NCBI GenBank assembly: GCA_963742245.1
Contig: CAVULG010000007.1
Coordinates: forward strand, 1,003,834-1,067,833
Source of the DNA: an uncultured Acidobacteriota bacterium
GTDB taxonomy: Bacteria; Acidobacteriota; Thermoanaerobaculia; UBA5066; Gp7-AA6
Reading direction: 5' to 3'
DNA: 64,000 nucleotides
The translations under genes were made by a program, and so were the position numbers. Positions 31,519-40,480 of this stretch are shown here, one piece after another; the first letter of the stretch is position 1, and every line of letters begins with the position of its first letter. The notes below the pieces were generated by a model. It did not search any database. It was not told the origin of the DNA and worked only from the letters and a program-made list of their open reading frames with translations.

Positions 31519-33645
31519 GTGAAGTTTTGCAACGCGGTCCTGTGTCTCGTCTTCGCCGCGCTCGCCGGTCCCGCTCTCGGTCAGTCACCCCCGCTCCAGC
31601 CCGAGTTCCAGGTCTCGCAGGGCACGCTCTACTACCAATACTCCTACGGGGTGGCGATCGATCGCACCGGCCAATTCGTCGTCTGCTGGTCGAGCTATAC
31701 GGAAACGGATTCCAACTACGACGTGCTGGGCCGCCTCTACGACCCGGCCGGCGCGCCGGTCGGGGGCGAGTTCGAGATCGACGCGTCCACGGCCAATCAG
31801 ATCGGCGGGGACGTCGCCAAGGATGCGTCGGGAGCGTTCGTCGTCGTGTGGCAGGACGCGGACACCCAGCTCCAGGCCCGGCGTTTCGACGCCGACGGGA
31901 CGCCGCGGGGCCCGGCGTTTCCGGTGACGACTTCGACGCTCCCGGTCTCGGACTCCTACGTCGCGTCCGACGCCTCGGGCCGCTTCGCGGTGGCCTGGAC
32001 GCGGCTCGACCCGAGCTCGTCCTTCGACGTGGTCGCGCGGCTCTTCGACTCCGCGGGCGCCCCGCTGACCGGTGAGCTGCCGATCAACTCCTACACGACG
32101 GGGTCGCAGCGCACGCGCGGCGTGGGAATGTCCAACAACCATTTCGTCCTGGTTTGGGGAGGCGACGGCTTCGGAGGCCCCGGCGTCTGGACCCGCAGTT
32201 TCGTCGCCAATGGCACGCCGTTGACGGACGACCTCCAGGTCAACCAGGGATCCCTGCTCTTCAACCCCCCTGAAGCGAGTGTTGCGATGAGTGAGCCCGG
32301 AACGTTCGTGGTGGTCTGGGACGGCCTCGTCGCTGCGAACACCCTCGGGGTCTTCGGGCGGCGCTACGATCTCGCCGGCCTGCCGATCGACGACCAGTTC
32401 ATGGTCAACACGACCTACACGACGGGCTACCAGGGATCCTCTCGCATCGCGGCAGACCGCCACGGCAACTTCATCGTCTCCTGGACCGGGAGGCCGAGCG
32501 ACGGCGACGCCGCCGGAGTTCTCGCACGCACGTACGACCGCTTCGGCGTCGCGCAGAGCGCGGACTTCGTCGTCAACACGACGGCGACCGGCTATCAGTA
32601 CAACTCGCAGGTCGCGCTCAACGAGGCGGGCACGTTCGTCGTCACCTGGTCATCTCCCGATGCGTCTTACTACGGCGTGGTCGGGCGCCGGAGCGCCGCG
32701 CGGGCCGCGCCGGAGATCACGATCCAGAACGCCGTGCTCCGGCAGGGAAGCACGGATTCCGTAATCGAACCCGGCGACGCGGTGCTGCTCCGGACCGCGT
32801 GGGCCAACGAATCGACGACTCCACTCGGTCTCACCGGAGCCGCCGCCGATTTCTCCGGCCCCCCCGGGGCGACGTACACCACGATCGTGGCCACGGCCGA
32901 CTACGGAGCGATCGCGGCTTCGTCGACCGGCACCTGTCTCGACGGCGCCGGCAACTGCTATGCCGTCGAAGTCTCGGCCCCCGCGGTGCGCCCGGCCCAG
33001 CACTGGGACACGAAGCTCCAGGAGAGTCTCTCGATCGGCATGCCTCACACGTGGGTCCTTCACATTGGCGAGAGCTTTCCTGACGTCCCGACCAGCCACA
33101 TCTTCTATGCGTTCATCGAAACGCTCTTCCACAACGGCATCACCGGCGGCTGCGCGGGAGGCGACTACTGCCCGGGCAACCCGGTCACGCGCGCCCAGAT
33201 GGCCGTCTTCCTGCTCAAGTCCAAGTTCGGCGAAGCGCACGTTCCGCTCCCTTGCACGGGGACCGTCTTCACCGACGTCCCTTGCACCGGCGGGCCGTTC
33301 GATCCGTGGATCGAGGAGCTCGCCGCCTTGCAGATCACGGGAGGCTGCGGCGGAGGGCTCTACTGCCCCAACAACCCCGTTAACCGGCAGCAGATGTCCG
33401 TGTTCCTGCTCAAAACCCTCGAGGGCGCCGCCTATGTGCCTCCGCCCTGCACCGACCCGCCGCCGTTCGACGACGTGCCGTGCCAGAACGGGTTCTCGAT
33501 CTGGATCAACGAGCTCGCCTCCCGCGCCATCACGGGAGGCTGTTCCGTGACGCCGCCTCTCTACTGTCCGGCCAATCCCAACAACCGCGGCCAGATGGCG
33601 GTCTTCCTGACCAAGACTTTCGGACTCGTTCTTTACGGGGGTTGA
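31519..33645 (+). CDS. Paralog A: signal peptide, seven 'EFQVN' modules, middle domain and triple Cys-SLH-like cassette
   Basis: The GTG start at 31519 is preceded by GCAGGAGG. The signal peptide is VKFCNAVLCLVFAALAGPALGQ. Seven units of about 50 aa show a recurring [ED]F.VN...T...Q....VA.d..G.FVV.W........g...R.[FY]d..G.P pattern. The cassette spans 33073-33642. Confidence 0.85.
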   Translation: MKFCNAVLCLVFAALAGPALGQSPPLQPEFQVSQGTLYYQYSYGVAIDRTGQFVVCWSSYTETDSNYDVLGRLYDPAGAPVGGEFEIDASTANQIGGDVAKDASGAFVVVWQDADTQLQARRFDADGTPRGPAFPVTTSTLPVSDSYVASDASGRFAVAWTRLDPSSSFDVVARLFDSAGAPLTGELPINSYTTGSQRTRGVGMSNNHFVLVWGGDGFGGPGVWTRSFVANGTPLTDDLQVNQGSLLFNPPEASVAMSEPGTFVVVWDGLVAANTLGVFGRRYDLAGLPIDDQFMVNTTYTTGYQGSSRIAADRHGNFIVSWTGRPSDGDAAGVLARTYDRFGVAQSADFVVNTTATGYQYNSQVALNEAGTFVVTWSSPDASYYGVVGRRSAARAAPEITIQNAVLRQGSTDSVIEPGDAVLLRTAWANESTTPLGLTGAAADFSGPPGATYTTIVATADYGAIAASSTGTCLDGAGNCYAVEVSAPAVRPAQHWDTKLQESLSIGMPHTWVLHIGESFPDVPTSHIFYAFIETLFHNGITGGCAGGDYCPGNPVTRAQMAVFLLKSKFGEAHVPLPCTGTVFTDVPCTGGPFDPWIEELAALQITGGCGGGLYCPNNPVNRQQMSVFLLKTLEGAAYVPPPCTDPPPFDDVPCQNGFSIWINELASRAITGGCSVTPPLYCPANPNNRGQMAVFLTKTFGLVLYGG

Positions 33646-33649
33646 GAAG

Positions 33650-35782
33650 ATGATGCGAACAGCTCGCCCGATAGCCCTCCAAGGGTTCGCGGTCTTGCTC
33701 CTGGCAACGCTCGCCCTCGCCCCACCCGCCCTCGCCCAAACGCCGCCGATGCTTCCGGAGTTCCAGGTCAACACGCAGACCGACGACTACCAGGAGTGCA
33801 ACGGCGTGGCGGTGGACAAGACCGGCCGTTTCGTCGTGGCCTGGTCGGGATACGACGCGACGGCGCAGAGCGACCTGGCGTTCGGGCGCCTCTACGACCA
33901 GTCCGGAGCTCCCGAGACCGGGGAGTTTCCGTTCGGCACTCCTTCCGGAGTGCCCAACCAGTCCGAAGCGACCGTCGCCAAGGACGCCTCCGGGAGGTTC
34001 GTCGCGGTGTGGCAACAGGGCGACGACGTCTTCGCGCGTCGGTTCGACGTCGACGGCACACCGCTCGGCGACGCGTTCCCGGTCAATACGTCGACCCTGA
34101 GCGCCGATTCGCCGCAGGTGGACTCCGACGATTCCGGCAATTTCGCCATCGTCTGGACGGCCACCGGCACGAGCGACGAAGTCGCGGCACGGATCTTCGA
34201 CAGCTCCGGAGCCGCGGTCACGGACGAGTTCATCGCGAATTCCTATACGACCAACATCCAGGATGCCGGGGGCATTGCGGCATACGGCAGCGGCTTCGTC
34301 GTTACGTGGGGCGGCCAGGGCGCGGGCGGTCCCGGGATCTTCGCGCGAGCCTTCGACGCCGCAGGGGCCCCGCTCGGCGGCGACTTCAAGGTCAACGAGG
34401 GGCTTCTCCTCAACGCGGTGACCGGGAGCGACGTAGCCGTGGACTCCGTCGGCAATTTCGTCGTCGTCTGGGCAGGGTTCGTGGCCCCGAGCTACGAAGG
34501 CATCTTCGCGCGGCGCTACAACCCGGCGGGCTTTCCGTTGGGCGGAGACTTCCCGGTCAGCGAGGCGGCCACCGACACCCAGGGCGGCGCCCACGTGAAG
34601 TCCGACCACGCGGGCAACTTCATCGTGGCCTGGACGCACCAGGACGGCGACGGCGACGGGTCCGGCATCGTCGCGCGGCGCTACAACCGCTTCGGACAGC
34701 CGGTGACACCGGCGTTCGTCGTCAACGAGGGGACGGACGAGGATCAGTACCACGCCAACGTCGCGCTGAATGACGCCGGTGATTTCGTCGTGACCTGGAG
34801 CTCGCCGGACGCCGATTACTACGGCACCTTCGGGCGGCGCAGCGGCGTGGGCGCTTCGTCGCCGATCACCGTGGCGACCGATACCGTCGGCAACCTGAGC
34901 TCCGTGCTCGAGCCGGGCGAGTCCGTGCGGGTGGAAACAGCCTGGGTCAACCATACGGATTCCACGGTCGCCGTGACCGGAACCGCGACCGGCGTCTCTG
35001 GACCGGCGAGCGCGAGCGTCACGCTCGACGACGCGGCGGCCGACTACGGAATGATCACGGCGGACTCCATCGGACCCTGCAACGGGACGGGAGACTGCTA
35101 CGCGATCACCGTGTCGGATCCCGCCGTGCGCCCGGTTCAGCACTGGGACGTGCTGCTGCACGAGACCCTGAGCGTCGGCGTGCCCCACACCTGGGTGCTT
35201 CACGTCGGCGAAAGTTTCCCCGACGTGCCGACCGACAACATCTTCTATGCCTTCATCGAGACCCTCTTCCACAACGGCGTGACCGGAGGCTGCTTCGGCG
35301 GCGGCTACTGCCCGACCAATCCCGTGACCCGCGCCCAGATGGCCGTGTTCCTCCTCAAGGCCAAGTTCGGCTCTGCCCACATCCCTCCGCCCTGCACCGG
35401 GCTCGTCTTCGGCGACGTCCCCTGCACGGGCAGCCCCTTCGATCCCTGGATCGAGGAGCTCGCGCGCCTCGGGGTCACGGGTGGCTGCGGAGGCGGTTTC
35501 TATTGCCCCGGCAACAACGTGACGCGTCAGCAGATGGCGGTGTTCCTGCTCAAGACACTGGAGGGATCGGCGTATGTCCCTCCGCCCTGCGTCGTACCGC
35601 AGTTCGACGACGTCCCCTGCGACAACGGGTTCGCCATCTGGATCAACGAGCTCTACGCCCGCGGAATCACGGGCGGTTGCTCGGCCATGCCCCCTCTGTA
35701 CTGCCCAACCAATCCCAACAACCGCGGCCAGATGGCCGCCTTCCTCTCCAACATGTTCGGACTCGCGCTCTATGGGGGTTGA
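33650..35782 (+). CDS. Paralog B, same architecture as paralog A
   Basis: It starts 4 nt after paralog A. It has a signal peptide (...ALAPPALAQ), seven modules, and a cassette ending SNMFGLALYGG. Confidence 0.85.
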   Translation: MMRTARPIALQGFAVLLLATLALAPPALAQTPPMLPEFQVNTQTDDYQECNGVAVDKTGRFVVAWSGYDATAQSDLAFGRLYDQSGAPETGEFPFGTPSGVPNQSEATVAKDASGRFVAVWQQGDDVFARRFDVDGTPLGDAFPVNTSTLSADSPQVDSDDSGNFAIVWTATGTSDEVAARIFDSSGAAVTDEFIANSYTTNIQDAGGIAAYGSGFVVTWGGQGAGGPGIFARAFDAAGAPLGGDFKVNEGLLLNAVTGSDVAVDSVGNFVVVWAGFVAPSYEGIFARRYNPAGFPLGGDFPVSEAATDTQGGAHVKSDHAGNFIVAWTHQDGDGDGSGIVARRYNRFGQPVTPAFVVNEGTDEDQYHANVALNDAGDFVVTWSSPDADYYGTFGRRSGVGASSPITVATDTVGNLSSVLEPGESVRVETAWVNHTDSTVAVTGTATGVSGPASASVTLDDAAADYGMITADSIGPCNGTGDCYAITVSDPAVRPVQHWDVLLHETLSVGVPHTWVLHVGESFPDVPTDNIFYAFIETLFHNGVTGGCFGGGYCPTNPVTRAQMAVFLLKAKFGSAHIPPPCTGLVFGDVPCTGSPFDPWIEELARLGVTGGCGGGFYCPGNNVTRQQMAVFLLKTLEGSAYVPPPCVVPQFDDVPCDNGFAIWINELYARGITGGCSAMPPLYCPTNPNNRGQMAAFLSNMFGLALYGG

Positions 35783-35800
35783 TGAACGAGGAGGTCCGTT

Positions 35801-36006
35801 GTGAAGTCTCTCAGCCTCTCGATCCTCGCTCTCGCCTGCTGCTTTGCCCTGCCGTCAGCGGCTCTCGGACAAATCCCGGCCTTCCTCCCCGAGTTCCAGG
35901 TCAACACGGCTGCGCCGGACTACATCACCTTCAAAACGTCGCGATGGGACACTACGGCGAGTTCGTCGTGGTCTGGACCGAAAAATTCCTGAGGAGGGAC
36001 GCGTGA
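35801..36006 (+). pseudogene. 5' remnant of a paralog (signal peptide plus first module) with an internal frameshift
   Basis: The frame from 35801 reads VKSLSLSILALACCFALPSAALGQIPAFLPEFQVNTAAPDY. The rest of the module (HLQNVAMGHYGEFVVVWTEK) continues in another frame and stops at 36006, overlapping the GTG start of paralog C. Confidence 0.5.
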
Positions 36007-38165
36007 AGATCGGCGCCCGATTCGCGGTTCTCGTGTGCACGGGACTTGTCGTCGCCGAAGGCGCTCGCGCCCAGGTCCCGGTCTTCCTGCCCGAGTTCCC
36101 GATCGTCGCGAACGAAACGGTGTACCGAGCCTTGAACGGCATCGTCATGAACCCGGGAGGTGAATTCGTCGTGGTCTGGGGACAGGACAACGGAGGGGGC
36201 AGCGCGTACGACGTGATGGGCCGACGCTTCGATGGCCTGACGGTACCCCTCGGCGACCCCGCCCCGTTGACCGGCGCAACCAGCGGTCGGCAATGCTGCG
36301 CGTCCGTCGCGAAGAACGCCTCGGGCACATTCGTCCTCGTGTGGAACGACGTCGGCGACGACCTCCGCGGCCGGCGATTCGAGGCGGACGGCACGCCGCA
36401 AGGCGGCAGCTTCCAGGTCAATTCGTCGAGCGCCCCCGGCACTTCTTACTTCGGCCTTCCCGATGTCGCTCTGGACGCCTCCGGCAACTTCGTCGTGACC
36501 TGGAGTTTGTTCGGCGCGGGTGGCGACTTCAGCGTAATGGCCAGGCGCTTCGACCGCGCCGGAGACCCGCTCGGCGACGACTTCGTGGTCAACCAGTACA
36601 CCACCGGCTACCAGTCCGGCTCGCGAGTGGCTGCGTCGTCCGGAGGATTCGTCGTGACCTGGATCGGCGAGGGCAACGGCACGACGCATGGTGTTTTCGG
36701 CCGGCTGTACGACGCCGCGGGAGACCCCGTGACGAACGATTTCCCGGTTCATGCAACTCCCCCCGTCTCTCCCGGCCTTCCGGGCGTGGCGATGAATGCG
36801 GCCGGCGACTTCGTCGTCGCGTGGCATGACAACGGGGACTACACGTCCAGCACCGTGCAGGCACGACGGTGGAACGCGTCCGGAGCTCCGGCGAGCGGGG
36901 TGTTTCCCGTCAGCGGCGGGTCGCCCGGCGTCTTCAACTCGGGTCCGCACTTGGCCTCGGATTCCGCCGGCAACTTCCTGGTCGTCTGGACCCGGTCGAT
37001 CCAGGCTCTCGGTGAGGGGATTTCCACGCCCGTGGGGCGCTTCTTCGGAGCCGACGGGAGCCTGGGCGGCAACGAGTTCCAGATCAATGAAGTCACCACC
37101 GGATCCCAGTCCAATCCGCTGGTCTCCTTGAACGACGACGGAGCCTTCGTCGTGGCGTTTTTGAGCAGTCCCAGCTACCTGGTGTACGAGAACAAGGGCC
37201 GGAAGAGCGGGTTGCGCTCGAGTCCGGTGATCGTGGTCGACCCGAACGCGGGCGTCTCGTCGCCGAACGGTGGGGGCAACGGCATCCTCGAGCCTGGAGA
37301 GACGGTGGTCCCGCGGACCGCATGGACCAACGACACCGCGGCAGGAACGACCGTATCGGGCACCGCCGTCGGATTCACCGGCCCTCCGGGCGCCGCCTAT
37401 GCCATCCTCGACAGCACATCCTCGTACGGGACGATACCGGCCGGAACGACCACCACATGCGTCGGCGGCGTGGATTGCTATTCGATCTCCGTCTCGGATC
37501 CGACCGTACGGCCATCTCCCCACTGGGACGCCCGCCTCCAGGAGCTGCTGAGCGTGGGTGTGCCTCACACCTGGAACCTCCACGTGGGCGGGAGCTTCGC
37601 CGACGTGCCTACCGGGAACCTCTTCTATCCGTTCATCGAAAACCTCTTTCACAACAACGTCACTGCAGGCTGTGCGGGAGGCGGTTACTGCCCCAACAAT
37701 GCGGTCACGCGCGCGCAGATGGCGGTGTTTCTCCTGAAGGCAAGGTTCGGCGCCGCGCACGTGCCGCCGACCTGCACCGGAACCGTGTTCGATGACGTTC
37801 CCTGTTCGGGCGGCCCCTTCGACCCGTGGATCGAGGAGCTCGCGGCGCTCAACGTCACGGGCGGTTGTGGCGGCGGCAACTACTGCCCCAACAACCCGGT
37901 CACCCGTCAGCAGATGGCCGTGTTCCTTTTGAGGACTCTCAAGGGCTCCGGATACCTCCCGCCCGATTGCTCGGGCATCTTCGACGACGTTCCGTGTACG
38001 CCGGGAGAGGGGTTCTCCGACTGGATCGAGGAGCTCGCCAACCGCGGCATCACCGGCGGCTGCTCCGTCACCCCGCCCCTCTACTGCCCGACCAATCCGA
38101 ACAACCGGGGTCAGATGGCCGTCTTCCTGACCAAGACGTTTGGCCTCGTGCTCTACGGGGGTTGA
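36003..38165 (+). CDS. Paralog C, same architecture with more divergent modules
   Basis: The GTG start at 36003 is preceded by GAGGAGG. The signal peptide is VKIGARFAVLVCTGLVVAEGARAQ. It has seven modules and a cassette ending TKTFGLVLYGG. Confidence 0.85.
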   Translation: MKIGARFAVLVCTGLVVAEGARAQVPVFLPEFPIVANETVYRALNGIVMNPGGEFVVVWGQDNGGGSAYDVMGRRFDGLTVPLGDPAPLTGATSGRQCCASVAKNASGTFVLVWNDVGDDLRGRRFEADGTPQGGSFQVNSSSAPGTSYFGLPDVALDASGNFVVTWSLFGAGGDFSVMARRFDRAGDPLGDDFVVNQYTTGYQSGSRVAASSGGFVVTWIGEGNGTTHGVFGRLYDAAGDPVTNDFPVHATPPVSPGLPGVAMNAAGDFVVAWHDNGDYTSSTVQARRWNASGAPASGVFPVSGGSPGVFNSGPHLASDSAGNFLVVWTRSIQALGEGISTPVGRFFGADGSLGGNEFQINEVTTGSQSNPLVSLNDDGAFVVAFLSSPSYLVYENKGRKSGLRSSPVIVVDPNAGVSSPNGGGNGILEPGETVVPRTAWTNDTAAGTTVSGTAVGFTGPPGAAYAILDSTSSYGTIPAGTTTTCVGGVDCYSISVSDPTVRPSPHWDARLQELLSVGVPHTWNLHVGGSFADVPTGNLFYPFIENLFHNNVTAGCAGGGYCPNNAVTRAQMAVFLLKARFGAAHVPPTCTGTVFDDVPCSGGPFDPWIEELAALNVTGGCGGGNYCPNNPVTRQQMAVFLLRTLKGSGYLPPDCSGIFDDVPCTPGEGFSDWIEELANRGITGGCSVTPPLYCPTNPNNRGQMAVFLTKTFGLVLYGG

Positions 38166-38283
38166 TCCGGTCTGACCCGGCCGGGCCGGAAAAATCGCTT
38201 CTCTCAATATCAGTGCCCAACGAGGCCTTTCTCCGTGTAATAGTCCGCCCTGTCCCTGAGTACAGTTCGATCCAGGAGGATTC

Positions 38284-40453
38284 ATGAGGAAGCTGGTTCT
38301 CGCTTCGCTCGGCGCCTTCGCGATCGCGACGTTCGCCGCCGCCCAGGCTCCGGTCTTCGGCCCCGAGTTCCAGGTCAACACGTACACGACCAACCATCAG
38401 TATGGCGCGACAGTCGCGAACGTCGGACCGACAGGTAATTTCGTCGTCGCTTGGAACGACCAGGGCCAGGTCGACGGCGACCTAGGCGGAATCCGCGCTC
38501 GATTGTTCGACGTGACGGGCTCTCCGCTGGGCGGGGAGTTCCCGGTCAATGCGATCGGCACGAACGACCAGGGGCTCGCCCGCGTCGGCTCGAACGCCAA
38601 CGGCGACTTCGTCGTGACGTGGACGGACAACGGCACCTCGCCGACCGGTGCTTACCAGATTTACGCGCGGCGGTTCAGCTCCACCGGGACCCCCCAGGGC
38701 GGCAACATTGCAGTCAACACCTACACGACCGGTGACCAGAGACTGTCGAGCGTCGCGCTCGACGCGGCGGGCAACTTCGTCGTGGTCTGGCGGAGCGTTG
38801 GACAAGATGGACCGGATCGAGGGGTATTCGGGCAGCTGTTCGATAACGCGGGCGCGAAGGTTGGTGCGGAGTTCCAGGTCAACCAGTTCACGACCGGCCA
38901 TCAGCAAAACCAGCGCGTCGTGAGGCGGCCGAGCGGGGAGTTCATGGTCGTCTGGCAGAGCCCGCAGGACGTCCAGGCTACCGCCATCATGGCGCGTCGA
39001 TACCTGGCAAATGGCACACCCGTGGCCGGCGAGTTCCAGGTCAATACGCGGGAGGCGGGATACCAATACCTTCCCGACGCGGCGTACTTCGGAGACGGCA
39101 GCGCGATCATCGTGTGGACGAGCTACGCCCAGGACGGATCGCACGGCGGCGTCTACGGACAGCGCCTCGATGCATCCGGAGCCAGCTCGGGCCCGAGTTC
39201 AACGTCAACACGTACACGACCAACTTCCAGGGGCGCCCTTCGGTGGCGACGGGGCCCGATGGGGACTTCGCCGTCATCTGGCAGAGCGACCTGCAGGATG
39301 GCGACAATCTCGGGGTCGGGGCCCAGCAGTTCGACTCGACCGGCAAGCGGCTGGGCGTCGAGCTCCCGGTCAATGAATTCACTACGGGTCTGCAGGGAGG
39401 GGCCGCCGTCGCGGCCCAGCCGAACGGACAGTACGTCGCGGTCTGGGACAGCGTGAACGACGGCGACCTCAGCAGCGTCTCGGCGCGGCTGGCCGGCTTC
39501 CCGAAGGTCGAGCCGATGACGGTCGACGTGCTCCATCCCGGGCTCGTCGCGGGCGGCTCGAACGGCAACGGCGTCATGGAGCCGGACGAGGCGGTCAGCG
39601 TCGAGCCGGCGTACACGAACAAGTCCGACGACCCGCTTCCGCTGACCGGCACCGCCACAAACCTGCGCGGGACTGCCCGGGCCGACCTACAGCATTCTCG
39701 ACGGCTCCGCCGACTACGGGACCATCGCACCGGGCGCGACCAACGATTGCATCGGCCTTACGATCGAGTGCTTTTCGATGATGGTCTCCGGAACGCGGCC
39801 CGCGCAGCACTGGGACGCGGCCTTCGACGAGACGTTCTCCTACGAGGGCTTCACCCGCATCGCCGCGCTCCACGTCGGCGGCAGCTTCCCCGACGTGCCG
39901 CAGAACGCGCTTCTATCCGTTCATCGAGAACCTCTTCCACAACGGCGTGACGGGCGGCTGCTTCGGAGGCGGATACTGCCCCGGCAACAACGTCACGCGC
40001 GCCCAGATGGCGGTCTTTCTCCTCAAGTCCCGCTGGGGCGCCGGCTTCATTCCCGCGCCGGCGACGGGTACGGCCTTCATCGACGTGCCCGCCGGTCGAC
40101 CCTTTCGCGCCGTGGATCGAGGAGCTCGTCCGCGAGGGCGTCACGGCCGGCTGCGGCGGCGGCATGTACTGCCCGGGCAACAACCGGTCACGCGCCAGCA
40201 GATGGCGATCTTCCTGCTCAAGACGAAGTACGGCGCGGATTACGTGCCGCCTGCGGGCACGGGAATCTTCGGCGACGTCGCCGGGTGCCCCGGCCTCGTC
40301 TGCGACCACATCGAGGCGCTCTACAACCAGGGCATCACCGGCGGCTGCCAGGTCAACCCGGTTCTGCTTTACTGCCCCACCAATCCGAACCTGCGCCAGC
40401 AGATGGCCGTCTTCCTCGTGAAGACGTTCGGGCTGCAACTGTACGGTGAATAG
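38284..40453 (+). pseudogene. Paralog D, whose reading frame is broken about 5 times in its 3' half (a true pseudogene or a consensus artefact)
   Basis: It is intact from 38284 to about 39183 (signal peptide MRKLVLASLGAFAIATFAAAQA plus modules 1-5). The homologous sequence then continues in other frames (ORFs 39114.., 39778.., 39947.., 40164..), with switches near 39183, 39670, 39905, 40090 and 40185. It ends VKTFGLQLYGE. Confidence 0.8.
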
Positions 40454-40480
40454 AGGGCGCCAGCTCGATCGGCGCGTTTC

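Noticed and set aside
35952-38393. An 813-aa minus-strand ORF, plus similar ORFs at 33530-35380, 32650-33774, 27383-28831 and 29600-30838, all opposite the surface-protein genes
   Set aside because: These are antisense shadows with no start signals and compositionally biased translations. The plus-strand frames carry repeated, mutually conserved protein motifs.
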